Shown: positions 42,808-52,232, numbered from the stretch's first letter. The stretch: 64,000 nt of DNA from an uncultured Gammaproteobacteria bacterium (GCA_963797555.1 CAWCPV010000004.1:608001-672000); one strand, 5' to 3'. Notes: generated by a model not told the origin, from the sequence alone. Translations and numbers: made by a program.

Positions 42808-43281
42808 ATGGCGCACGAGACAAACGATCCTTTCGGCGTCCGCTCTGCCTTCGCGCAGATTCAGAGACGAACGCATTCAGGGCTTGCAATTGCAGTCGCA
42901 GCAATCTTGGATAGTCAGCTCGAACTGTGCCTGAAGCAGGCCATGCTCCCGATGCCGAAGAAGCTATACGCCCAACTCTTCGACCCAATGCGCGCCTTGG
43001 GTAGCTTCGCTAGCAAGATCACAATGGCATACGCCCTGGGCATCGTCACTAGAGACATCTACAACCGCTTAGAGAACGTCCGAAAGATCCGCAATGCTTT
43101 TGCTCACTCGACCGTCGTTCTGAACTTTGAGAGTGCTCCAGTGGCGCCTCTGCTGGATCGACTGAAGAAGTCCATGGAACTGAAGACCAACTCACCGCAG
43201 GGACAATTTCTCGAGTGTGTAAAGCCCATTGACGAGGCGCTCAACGCCTACTTGAAATCGAAGGGCGCGCAGGCGTTGTAA
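42808..43281 (+). CDS. Cassette-like gene: MltR/HEPN-like protein
   Basis: LGSFASKITMAYALG, VRKIRNAFAHS (RxxxxH). Confidence 0.7.
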   Translation: MAHETNDPFGVRSAFAQIQRRTHSGLAIAVAAILDSQLELCLKQAMLPMPKKLYAQLFDPMRALGSFASKITMAYALGIVTRDIYNRLENVRKIRNAFAHSTVVLNFESAPVAPLLDRLKKSMELKTNSPQGQFLECVKPIDEALNAYLKSKGAQAL

Positions 43282-43297
43282 CCGGAGCTTCCGTGAG

Positions 43298-43353
43298 ACC
43301 TAACCAATAAGGATTGAGGCGACCCGAGGGGTCGTTTCAATCCAGTGTTCAAG
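43298..43353 (+). other. Degenerate attC-like site 5
   Basis: ACCTAAC, stem GGATTGAGGCGACC/GGTCGTTTCAATCC, then GTTCAAG; spacing atypical. Confidence 0.5.
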
Positions 43354-43418
43354 AAGCCCAGTGGTGGGCGTGGCTCTTTAACAGCAAGGGGATTGCTTCA
43401 GCGGCGTGTGTGAGGGCT

Positions 43419-44245
43419 AAAGGGGCCAGGGTCGCATTATTTTGCTATGATAAGTCCAATGCCCCGCCGCCCCCGCATCCATCTTGATCGCGTACCGCTG
43501 CACATCGTGCAACGCGGGCACAACCGCCAACCGTGCTTCTTTGGCGAAGAAGATTATCAGGCATACCTCCACTGGTTGGGCGAAGCGTTGAAGAAAGAGC
43601 AATGCGCGCTTCACGCCTACGCGTTGATGACCAACCACGTCCACCTGCTTCTGACGCCGGAACATGCCCAAGCGGTTCCCCGGCTAATCATTGCCTTGGG
43701 GCGGCGCTACGTGCAGTATATCAACACCACCTACCGCCGGACCGGCACCTTGTGGGATAGCCTGGGATAGCCGTTACAAATCCTCGCTGATCCAAGCCGA
43801 AACCTACTTGCTTGCCTGCCAGCGATACATCGAGCTCAACCCCGTACGGGCGGCCATGGTGGATGATCCTGCGCATTACCGCTGGACGAGCTACCGTCAC
43901 AACGCCCTGGGGCAGGTCAACCCTTGCCTTACCCCCCATCCTCTGTATCTGTCGCTGGGCAGGGATGCGAAGGAAAGGCAAGCTGCCTACCGGAGCCTGT
44001 TCCGGGCGCAACTGGACCAAGAAGCGGTCAACGACCTACGGCTGGCGCTCAATCAGAATCAGCCTTTGGGCAATGCACGGTTTTATGCCAACATTGAGGC
44101 AGCGACCGGCCAACGGCGGGAGCCGAAGCCGCGAGGCAGGCCACGTGCCAGGCGAGACGACTCCGCCGCGCATGACCCAGGTCAGGGAGAGCTGGCGGTA
44201 TGAATCCAGCTTTATGCAGCAGAAATATGCGAGCCTGGCCCCTTT
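43419..44245 (+). mobile_element. Y1/RAYT-like element type B copy 2 (827 bp; gene 43459-44203, frameshifted)
   Basis: Same TIRs and the same TGGGATAGCC duplication (43753-43772) as copy 1. Confidence 0.9.
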
Positions 44246-44276
44246 AATCGCTGTTCACATCACCTTGGAGATCGTC

Positions 44277-44654
44277 ATGAAATATCTGCTTGTTCTCGCA
44301 ACTCTTGTGGCAAGCGGTACGGCATCAGCTGCGAGGCTGCCGTGCTCAATCCACGCCAAGACGGGCGCTTCCGCAGCCACGCTCCAGAGCCTTAGCAAAA
44401 TATCGATCGAACAAGCACGGGCAACTGCTCTCTCCGCCGTCGGTGCACAATCGACGGCGGTGGCCGAGGGGGAGCTTGAAGCCGAGCACGGTTGTCTTGT
44501 CTACTCGTTCGACATCCGTCTCTCTCCTCAGGCTACTGGGGTAGAGGAGGTCATGGTCGATGCTGGTAACGGCAAGGTGTTGTCGCATAAGCATGAAACA
44601 CCGCAGCAAGAAGCCACTGAGAAAGCTAAGGATGCAGCTGCTAGTCACAAGTAG
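44277..44654 (+). CDS. Cassette-like gene: exported PepSY domain protein
   Basis: Signal peptide; KISIEQARATAL, ELEAEHGCLVYSFDI, EVMVDAGNGKVL. Confidence 0.85.
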   Translation: MKYLLVLATLVASGTASAARLPCSIHAKTGASAATLQSLSKISIEQARATALSAVGAQSTAVAEGELEAEHGCLVYSFDIRLSPQATGVEEVMVDAGNGKVLSHKHETPQQEATEKAKDAAASHK

Positions 44655-44682
44655 TCACTGCAATTAGGTAAGCGACGTTGCC

Positions 44683-44730
44683 GCCCAACCCTGCGCTCCA
44701 GCCGACGGGCACGCCTTCGGCGTGGGCGCG
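44683..44730 (+). other. Left half of attC site 6
   Basis: GCCCAAC-CCTGCGCTCCAGCCGAC plus hairpin CACGCCTTCGGCGTG; cut at CAATGG. Confidence 0.7.
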
Positions 44731-44736
44731 CAATGG

Positions 44737-45501
44737 GTAGAGTAGAGGGCAGGTGTCCCGAGACCGTAGGCTGGGCCTATCTGTTGCCGCCCCTTTCGTC
44801 TGGCGGTGCCTCAATAGCCCAACCATAGCCGCAGGAGCCAGCCCCCCTCATCAAACCGTGCATACGGTTTTCCCGTACACGGCTTTCCGATGCTCTTCAC
44901 GCCAGGGCATGCGCCGTGCGCCAGGGTGCCGTTGTCGGCAGCTTGAAGAGTCCATAACGTCCGTAGAGCACCTGCCCGGGAAAGCGCCGATACGCCTGCA
45001 CCCGGCTGATCAGCTTGTGGCGCCGACGCAGATGAGTATGCACCCGCTCTTCCACGTGCAGCTTCACCTTGGACAGTGCCTGAGTGCAGTTGCGGTGGTG
45101 AAAGTAGTGGCTCTAGCCCCGCAGGCTCCGGTTCAGCTCCCCGATGATCTGGGGCATCGGCACCGGGGTCCGCCGTCGATGAGTCAACTGCTTGGCACGG
45201 TCTTTGATGCGCTGCACCGAGCGCTTCGACGGCTCGACATGCGGGTAGCGTTTGCCACTGTGGCGACTGCGCCGCAGGCGGAAGCTGGAGCCGAGAAAGT
45301 CGAATGACTGTTCTCGGGCATCGACCACCCGCGTCTTGGCCTCGTTGAGGCTGAGACCCAGCCGCTCCAATATGCTGCGCAGCACCCGCATCGGTGGCTC
45401 CACCCCCCGTGCACACATGATGACCAGATCATCGGCATAACGCACGAGTCGGGCTCCATAGGCGCCCGCCAGGTCATGGCGCTCCCATATCCGATCCAGC
45501 G
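44737..45501 (-). mobile_element. Group II intron 3' fragment (same family as 41397-41950)
   Basis: LDRIWERH..VRYADDLVI..FDFLG..; premature TAG at 45113-45115; DV/DVI; 3' exon CCATT. Confidence 0.88.
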
Positions 45502-45519
45502 CGTCCGCAATACGTCCGC

Positions 45520-46303
45520 AATAGGGTCAGACACGATATTGTGCTATCCTTCGTGCAGTCACTGCACGACCTGAACCGCCATGGCCCGCCTTCCCCGCTA
45601 TGTCATCCCCGGGCAGCCGCAGCATATCATCCAGCGCGGCAACAACCGCCAAGTGATCTTTGCCGCCGATGCGGACTATCAGTTTTTTCGCGATGCCCTG
45701 GTGGAAGCGGCAAGCAAGCACGGTCTGGCGATCCACGCGTATGTCTGGATGACCAACCATATCCATCTGCTGGCCACACCGGAAGGCGACCACAGCATCA
45801 GCAAAGTGCTCCAGTCCGTGGGTCGGCGTTATGTGCAGTACTTCAATTTCACATACCGGCGCAGCGGCACCCTGTGGGAAGGCCGCTACCGGGCGACGGT
45901 AGTCGATAGCGAGCGGTATCTGCTGACGCTGATGCGCTACATCGAGCTGAACCCCGTGCGGGCGGCGCTGGTGGGGCACCCCAGGGATTATCCCTGGTCC
46001 AGTTACCGGTGCAATGCGCTCGGTGAGTCGGGATCGAACGCAGACTGGCTGAGGCCGCATCAGGAATATCTGCGCTTGGGCCGCACTGCGGCGGAACGGC
46101 AAGGTGCCTACCGGCAATTGTTCCGGGCGGCTGTCTCCGGCAACGACCTGAGGGAAATCCGGGAGTGCACGCACAAGGGCTGGGCGCTCGGTGGCGACCG
46201 GTTCAGGGACCAGGTCGAGGCGCTGGCGCAGCGGCGTGCAGCGTCCAAGGGTGTGGGCAGGCCGAGAAAGGATGATAATCGTGTCTGACCCGTGTCTGAC
46301 CCC
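45520..46303 (+). mobile_element. Y1/RAYT-like element type A, complete
   Basis: TIRs GGGTCAGACACGAT / ATCGTGTCTGACCC; short tandem duplications at both ends. Confidence 0.88.
45581..46288 (+). CDS. HUH Y1 tyrosine transposase (RAYT/TnpA-REP-like), intact
   Basis: HIIQRGNNR, MTNHIHLL (HUH), GTLWEGRY, RYIELNPVRA (catalytic Tyr), YPWSSY; stop lies inside the right TIR. Confidence 0.92.
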   Translation: MARLPRYVIPGQPQHIIQRGNNRQVIFAADADYQFFRDALVEAASKHGLAIHAYVWMTNHIHLLATPEGDHSISKVLQSVGRRYVQYFNFTYRRSGTLWEGRYRATVVDSERYLLTLMRYIELNPVRAALVGHPRDYPWSSYRCNALGESGSNADWLRPHQEYLRLGRTAAERQGAYRQLFRAAVSGNDLREIRECTHKGWALGGDRFRDQVEALAQRRAASKGVGRPRKDDNRV

Positions 46304-46416
46304 GCTTACCCTTCCGCGCCCGACTTGCACCGGTATGCGCGGACGCCGCAAAATCAGCGCCCGGCGTTCGCGCGCTGCCTGCCCGATTTCTCCTGCCTGC
46401 CATAAGGAGACCGAAG

Positions 46417-48144
46417 ATGCACCTCCGCACCGGACTGTTCTTGGTCCTCGCCCTGGTCGCTCACCCGGTTAGTCTCGCCCAGGCCGGGCAGAGGACGCCC
46501 CCCGGTCCTTCCGACGTACTCGTGGTATCGGGAACCGTCACCAACTCCCAGGGCAAGGCGGTCAAGGGGGCAGAGCTAACTTTCTTCGTCGCAGGCCAGC
46601 GGGTGAAGCTGGCGGAGGAGGTGACGACCTCGGCCCATGGAACCTACGAGGCGCAGCTCGAGCTGCCGGCCGGCACGCTGCCCGGTGCCCGCGTGGAGGT
46701 AATGGCGGGGAGGCCATCCTACCAGTCGACCGGGCGGCTTTCTCTGCAGCACGTGTTGCCGGAGCAGGTGGACGGCGGCGGCAACCGCGTCTACCTCGCC
46801 CACTTCAGCACCACCCTGGAGCGCGCCTTGTCGCCGGGATTCTGGATAGCCGCGCTGGTGCTGCTCGGCGTCTATATTTTCATCGCCTTCGAACTCATGC
46901 ACCGCACGCTGGCTGCGCTCGTGGGGGCCGCGCTGATGCTGTTCGTGAGCTACACACTAGGCACCTTCGACCCGAGCTACCGCATCCTGGCCTTCGAGGA
47001 CGCCATGCACGCCATCGACGGGAACGTCATATTTCTGCTGATGGCGATGATGATCATCGTCGGGATCACCAAGAAGACCGGCGTGTTCCAATGGATGGCC
47101 TACAAGTCGTTCCAGGTGGCGCGCGGGAATATTTTCGTGCTGGCAGCGCTGCTCATGTTCGTGACGGCCGTGGTGTCCGCCTTCCTCGACAACGTGACGA
47201 CCATGCTTCTGCTCATCCCGGTGACCATCGAGGTTTCTCTCGCGCTCAAGCTGAGCCCGATGGTCCTGCTGATACCCGAAGTCTTCGCATCCAACGTCGG
47301 CGGCACGGCGACTCTGATCGGCGATCCGCCCAACATCATGATCGGGTCCTATGCGGGGCTCACCTTCATGGACTTCGCGCGGAATCTGACGCTGGTTTGC
47401 CTGATCGGGCTCGCGGCCTCCACGGTCTATTACGTGTTGTGGTTTCGAAAGGGCTACCTCGCGGCCAAGGTGGGCGACGTGCCCGCCATGGTCGCGCGTC
47501 TGCGCGAGGAGTACCAAATCACAGACCGCCCCCTGCTCATCAAGTGCGGGATCGTTCTGGCCATCACCATTTTTCTGTTCGTCGTTCACGGCGCGCTGGA
47601 CATGGAGCCGAGCATCGCGGCCATGACCGGAGCGGCGCTGCTGCTCATCATCAGCGACGTGCACATCGTCGAAATGGTGGAGAAGGAGGTCGAGTGGCCG
47701 ACCCTGATCTTCTTTATGATGCTGTTCATCGTCGTGGCTGGCGCCGAGCAGACGGGGCTCATCCAGATCATCGCCGAGTGGGTGCGCGAGGCATCACGGG
47801 GGTCCCTGGTGCTCGCCATCGTCATGATCCTCTGGGTCTCGGCGCTGTTCTCGGCGATTATCGACAACATCCCATTCACCGCCACCATGCTTCCCGTCGT
47901 GGCATACCTCACGACGAGCATCCCGGGTGCCGAGCATGGGATTCTCTGGTGGGCGCTCTCTCTCGGCGCCTGTCTCGGCGGCAACGGCACCCTGATCGGA
48001 GCGAGCGCTAATGTCGTGACGGTAGGTATGGCCGAAAAGGCGGGTTATCCGGTCTCGTTCATGGAGTACCTGCGGATGGCATTCCTCCCCATGATCCTCA
48101 CGGTGGTGATCGCCATGATCTGGCTGCTCCTGGTCGAGGTGTGA
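46417..48144 (+). CDS. ArsB/NhaD (SLC13-like) permease with N-terminal periplasmic beta-sandwich domain
   Basis: AFLDNVTT, SNVGGTATLIGDPPN, IIDNIPF, CLGGNGTLIGASAN; signal peptide followed by VSGTVTNSQGKAVKGA. Confidence 0.88.
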   Translation: MHLRTGLFLVLALVAHPVSLAQAGQRTPPGPSDVLVVSGTVTNSQGKAVKGAELTFFVAGQRVKLAEEVTTSAHGTYEAQLELPAGTLPGARVEVMAGRPSYQSTGRLSLQHVLPEQVDGGGNRVYLAHFSTTLERALSPGFWIAALVLLGVYIFIAFELMHRTLAALVGAALMLFVSYTLGTFDPSYRILAFEDAMHAIDGNVIFLLMAMMIIVGITKKTGVFQWMAYKSFQVARGNIFVLAALLMFVTAVVSAFLDNVTTMLLLIPVTIEVSLALKLSPMVLLIPEVFASNVGGTATLIGDPPNIMIGSYAGLTFMDFARNLTLVCLIGLAASTVYYVLWFRKGYLAAKVGDVPAMVARLREEYQITDRPLLIKCGIVLAITIFLFVVHGALDMEPSIAAMTGAALLLIISDVHIVEMVEKEVEWPTLIFFMMLFIVVAGAEQTGLIQIIAEWVREASRGSLVLAIVMILWVSALFSAIIDNIPFTATMLPVVAYLTTSIPGAEHGILWWALSLGACLGGNGTLIGASANVVTVGMAEKAGYPVSFMEYLRMAFLPMILTVVIAMIWLLLVEV

Positions 48145-48233
48145 CCCTCGACCGTCCGAGTGGGCGGTTTGCCTAATCGGTCGAGGCCGGTTAAATTTCG
48201 AGCGACCGACGGCAATCCGGAGCAGGGACTCAG

Positions 48234-50330
48234 ATGGCCAGCCCAAGCTACACAAGGGGATCGTCCGCACTGCCCAAGTGGCTGCTGTGGGGCACCGTCT
48301 CGGTGCTGGGGGCGGGTGCGGTCGGGGGCATCGCCTTCGGTCGGGGCGAATCCGTCAACAGCGGCTGGTTCGTCGTCGCCGCGCTCTGCGTTTACGCCAT
48401 CGGATACCGCTTCTATAGCGCGTTCATTGCCGCCAAGGTCCTGGTCGTCGACTCGACCCGAGCGACCCCTGCCGAGCGCTTCAACAACGGCCGGGATTTC
48501 CTGCCCTACAACAAGTGGCTCCTGTTCGGCCATCATTTCGCTGCCATCGCCGGGCCCGGCCCCCTGGTGGGTCCCACCCTCGCCGCCCAGTTCGGGTACC
48601 TGCCGGGAACCCTGTGGATCCTGATCGGTGCGGTGCTGGGCGGCTGCGTCCAGGATTTCGTCATCCTGTTCTTCTCCACCCGAAGAGACGGCCGTTCCCT
48701 CGGGCAGATGGCCCGCGACGAGCTGGGCCCCATGGGGGGCTATGCCGCGCTGCTGGGCGTCCTGACCATCATGATCATCCTCATCGCGGTGCTGGGGCTG
48801 GTGGTCGTGAACGCCATGAAGCACAGCCCGTGGGCCACGGCAACGGTGGCCGCTACCATCCCCATCGCCATGCTGGTGGGGCTGTACATGCGCAGCCTCA
48901 GACCCGGCCGCGTGATCGAGGGGACGCTGATCGGTGTCGCACTGCTGATGCTGGCCGTGGCCGGCGGCGGCTGGTTGGATCATCAGCCGCTGCTGCGCAG
49001 CGGGTTCGACTATGGTGCCTCGGAGCTGGCCGGGATGGTCGTCGCTTATGGATTCGCCGCCGCCGTCCTGCCGGTCTGGCTGCTACTGGCGCCGCGCGAC
49101 TATCTGTCGACGTTCATGAAGGTCGGCACGGTGATCGCGCTCGCGGCGGCCATCGTGCTGTTGCGCCCCGAAATCAGGATGCCGGCGCTGACTCAGTTCA
49201 TCGACGGAAGTGGGCCCATCTTCGGCGGCAAGCTCTTTCCCTTCGTGTTCATTACCGTCGCTTGCGGCGCCATCTCCGGCTTTCATTCGCTCATCAGCTC
49301 GGGAACTACCCCGAAGCTGTTGGCCAACGAGACCGACGCGCGGTTCATCGGCTATGGGGCGATGATGATGGAGTCTTTCGTGGCGGTGATGGCGATGATT
49401 GCGGCCACCATCCTCGATCCCGGGGTGTACTTCGCCATCAACGCGCCGGCCGGCATCGTCGGCAGCGAGGCTGCACGGGCTGTGGCGACGATCTCCGGCT
49501 GGGGATTCCCGGTGAACGTCGACCAGATGGCCCAGCTTGCCGCCGATATGGGAGAGCGGACCCTGTTCGCCCGCACCGGCGGTGCGCCGTCGCTGGCGGT
49601 GGGGATGGCTCGGATCTTCGCGACGGCCTTCGGCCAGGGTCTCCTGGCCCTGTGGTACCACTTCGCCATCATGTTCGAGGCGCTGTTCATCTTGACCACG
49701 CTCGACGCCGGGACTCGGGTGGGCCGGTTCATGCTGCAGGACCTGCTGGGGAATGTGTACCCCGCCTTGGGGAGGACCAGTTGGTATCCGAGCGTCCTGC
49801 TGACCAGCGCCTTGGTGGTGGGGGCTTGGGGCTATTTTCTGTACATTGGGACCATCGATCCGTTGGGGGGAATCAACAGCCTATGGCCCCTGTTCGGTAT
49901 CTCCAACCAAATGCTCGCGGCCATCGCCCTGTGCGTGGCGACGACCATCCTGGTCAAGTCCGGCAAGGCGCGCTATGCGTGGGTGACCGCGCTGCCATTG
50001 GTATGGCTGGTGCTCATTACCAGCGCCGCGGCCTGGGAGAAGCTGTTCAGCCCGGACATCCGGGTGGGGTTTCTGGCCCACGCCCGAGACCTTGCCGACA
50101 AGCTGGCCGCAGGCGTGCTGACTGCCAGGCAGGCCGCTCAGGCCCCCCGGCTCATGTTCAACGACCGGCTGGACGCCGTGCTCAGCGCGTTCTTCCTGGT
50201 AGTGACCTGGATAATGGTCGTCGATACGCTGCGCGTGTCCTTTCGAGCCTTGGCAGGACGCGTGCATCCGCCGCTGTCCGAGTCGCCCCATATCCCCAGC
50301 CGCTTGGTGGAGGACTGGGTACGTGATTGA
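48234..50330 (+). CDS. cstA: Carbon starvation protein CstA / pyruvate:H+ symporter family
   Basis: GHHFAAIAGPGPLVGP, LAPRDYLS, ACGAISGFH, RTGGAPSLAVG, LWPLFGISNQML. Confidence 0.95.
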   Translation: MASPSYTRGSSALPKWLLWGTVSVLGAGAVGGIAFGRGESVNSGWFVVAALCVYAIGYRFYSAFIAAKVLVVDSTRATPAERFNNGRDFLPYNKWLLFGHHFAAIAGPGPLVGPTLAAQFGYLPGTLWILIGAVLGGCVQDFVILFFSTRRDGRSLGQMARDELGPMGGYAALLGVLTIMIILIAVLGLVVVNAMKHSPWATATVAATIPIAMLVGLYMRSLRPGRVIEGTLIGVALLMLAVAGGGWLDHQPLLRSGFDYGASELAGMVVAYGFAAAVLPVWLLLAPRDYLSTFMKVGTVIALAAAIVLLRPEIRMPALTQFIDGSGPIFGGKLFPFVFITVACGAISGFHSLISSGTTPKLLANETDARFIGYGAMMMESFVAVMAMIAATILDPGVYFAINAPAGIVGSEAARAVATISGWGFPVNVDQMAQLAADMGERTLFARTGGAPSLAVGMARIFATAFGQGLLALWYHFAIMFEALFILTTLDAGTRVGRFMLQDLLGNVYPALGRTSWYPSVLLTSALVVGAWGYFLYIGTIDPLGGINSLWPLFGISNQMLAAIALCVATTILVKSGKARYAWVTALPLVWLVLITSAAAWEKLFSPDIRVGFLAHARDLADKLAAGVLTARQAAQAPRLMFNDRLDAVLSAFFLVVTWIMVVDTLRVSFRALAGRVHPPLSESPHIPSRLVEDWVRD

Positions 50331-50532
50331 GATGTCCTACGGCCGGCGGCTGAGACGGCTGTGGTGCCGTGTCTGGCACGCCCTGCGCACCGCGACTGGG
50401 GACGACGCTTACGAGCGCTATCTCGACCACTGGCGGGCGCACCACACGGAGGAAGGCCCGCCCATGGACCGCAAGAGCTTCTACCGTTTGGAGCTGGAGC
50501 GTAAGTGGAGCGGGGTGGGGCGCTGCTGCTGA
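50323..50532 (+). CDS. YbdD/YjiX family small protein
   Basis: GDDAYERYLDHW...RCC; directly follows cstA. Confidence 0.85.
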   Translation: MIEMSYGRRLRRLWCRVWHALRTATGDDAYERYLDHWRAHHTEEGPPMDRKSFYRLELERKWSGVGRCC

Positions 50533-50620
50533 GCGGTGGACGCGGCGGCCGGCAGGGCAGGGTTGCCGGCCGGTCCCTCTGTCTCGATGATGCGTTTCAG
50601 CCGCCGCCCATCTTACGATG

Positions 50621-51124
50621 TTACGACACAGCGGGATCTCGGAGCGGAGGTACGAGGCTGTCGGGTGCGGCCGACAGGGCGCTCGATTCGGCGCGGCCTC
50701 TGTCTCCGTTGAACCGGGCGCGCAGGCCGTCGGCCCACTTGTCGGAAACGTCGCGGGTGAAGCGACTGACCGGGCCTTGTACGGCAGCCGCCGCGAACAT
50801 ACCGACCAGCGCGGGTGCCGCGACCGTCAACAACCCGCGCCCCACCAGCGCAGCGACTCCGATGCCGGTAGCCGATGCAGCCAGGGCGCCGATGGCACCG
50901 AGGATGGCGCCATGGCCGATTTGAGACAGGCCCCGGCCGAGAAGGGTGAAACCGTCCTGGTCGCTGTTTCGCCGCGCCGCGGCAACGCCGCCGACCAAAG
51001 CCACGCCGGCGCCCGCAGCAGCCCCGGTGAGCGCCCCGATCTTGGCGGACGAGGCGAGCAGCTCTACGGTCGTCGGGGAGCCGATCGCGAAGCGGACCGC
51101 TTCTTCGAGCCTATTTGATGCCAT
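50621..51124 (-). CDS. Hypothetical Gly/Ala-rich membrane protein
   Basis: Hydrophobic GxxxG-rich helices; start uncertain. Confidence 0.5.
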   Translation of the reverse strand: MASNRLEEAVRFAIGSPTTVELLASSAKIGALTGAAAGAGVALVGGVAAARRNSDQDGFTLLGRGLSQIGHGAILGAIGALAASATGIGVAALVGRGLLTVAAPALVGMFAAAAVQGPVSRFTRDVSDKWADGLRARFNGDRGRAESSALSAAPDSLVPPLRDPAVS

Positions 51125-51261
51125 AGGTATCACTGGACCTTGTGCACCGACTGCTTGGCGGCCCGGGAGCCTGGGGTCCACGATGCCTTCAATTTGAGCC
51201 AGGGCAAGAAGTGACGGAGGGTGCGCCCGGGTGAGCACCTTCTGCGGTTTCGTCGCCTGAA

Positions 51262-51295
51262 ACGAAGAACCCCGCTGCGTGGCGGGGTTCTTCGT
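51262..51295 (-). terminator. Intrinsic terminator after the cold-shock gene
   Basis: ACGAAGAACCCCGC / GCGGGGTTCTTCGT perfect stem. Confidence 0.75.
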
Positions 51296-51316
51296 GGCCG
51301 AGCGAGTCGCTTGCCT

Positions 51317-51520
51317 CTACGCCGGGACGACGTTGGTGGCAGCCGGACCCTTCGGGGTCGTCTCGGTATCGAACCTCACCTTCTGACCTTCGGCCAACGA
51401 CTTGAAGCCGCTGCCTGCGATGGCGGAGTGATGCACGAACACATCCTTGCCGCCGTCGTCCGGGGTGATGAAGCCGAATCCCTTACTGTCGTTGAACCAC
51501 TTGACCGTTCCTGTACTCAT
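51317..51520 (-). CDS. Cold-shock protein (CspA family)
   Basis: [24 protein letters not shown]; ~130-nt leader after TATAGT at 51655-51660. Confidence 0.97.
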   Translation of the reverse strand: MSTGTVKWFNDSKGFGFITPDDGGKDVFVHHSAIAGSGFKSLAEGQKVRFDTETTPKGPAATNVVPA

Positions 51521-52004
51521 CGGAAGAACCTCTGCAATATTAGTGAAGTAGAGGCTCGTGAAGGCAGTTTCTTGGCACAGAGGCTGCGGGAGTGACCACT
51601 GTTGAACAGGAGGGACTTCCGAGACGGTATCAGGACAAGGAACTGCACGGACGGCACTATACCCCGAGTCCTTTGAGAAAGCTAGTCTCTTCCCTAGCCC
51701 CGAACGGGACTTGTCCGGAAGGGCCTACCCGACCGCGAGATCCCAAAGCAACCGTGGCTATCGGGCCGCGCAGCAGATTCATCCTCGAGCGTTCAGACGC
51801 AGAGCCCGAACAGACGGGGTAAAGCAGTGGCCGCGGATGGTCGGTTAGTTGCCGTGTACGTCCACATCCCCGGGCTTCCGGCGCCGTTGACGGACGTGTA
51901 CGGGGAGCCCTGCTCACAGATGCGACCCCACCCCGGCGCTCGCAGGGAGTCTGACGCCGACGAGCTACGGCGCTTCGCGGTCAGGGGCGAGGCAGCCAAG
52001 GACG

Positions 52005-52232
52005 TCAGCGCTGACCCGATGGGGGCAGGGCCTGCACGTGCAGGTGCACGCCGACGCACCCGAGGTCACGGACCTTCCTCAATGCGTCCTCAGGGTCTCT
52101 CGCGACGACGATGTAGTCGATCGGCACCGGGATGTGCTCCCGCCCCGCGTATCCAACACCGTATACCTTGTACATGGCCCATACCGTCGTGTAGTTGAAG
52201 TCCTGCAGATCCTCAAGCATCTCCCGTGCCAC
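52005..52232 (-). CDS. Small hypothetical protein
   Basis: 75-aa ORF with host-like codon usage and protein-like composition. Confidence 0.45.
   Translation of the reverse strand: MAREMLEDLQDFNYTTVWAMYKVYGVGYAGREHIPVPIDYIVVARDPEDALRKVRDLGCVGVHLHVQALPPSGQR

Noticed and set aside
50521-50560. Selenocysteine readthrough at the TGA of the YbdD-like gene
   Set aside because: The protein already ends in RCC, the Cys form of the family, and no clear SECIS follows
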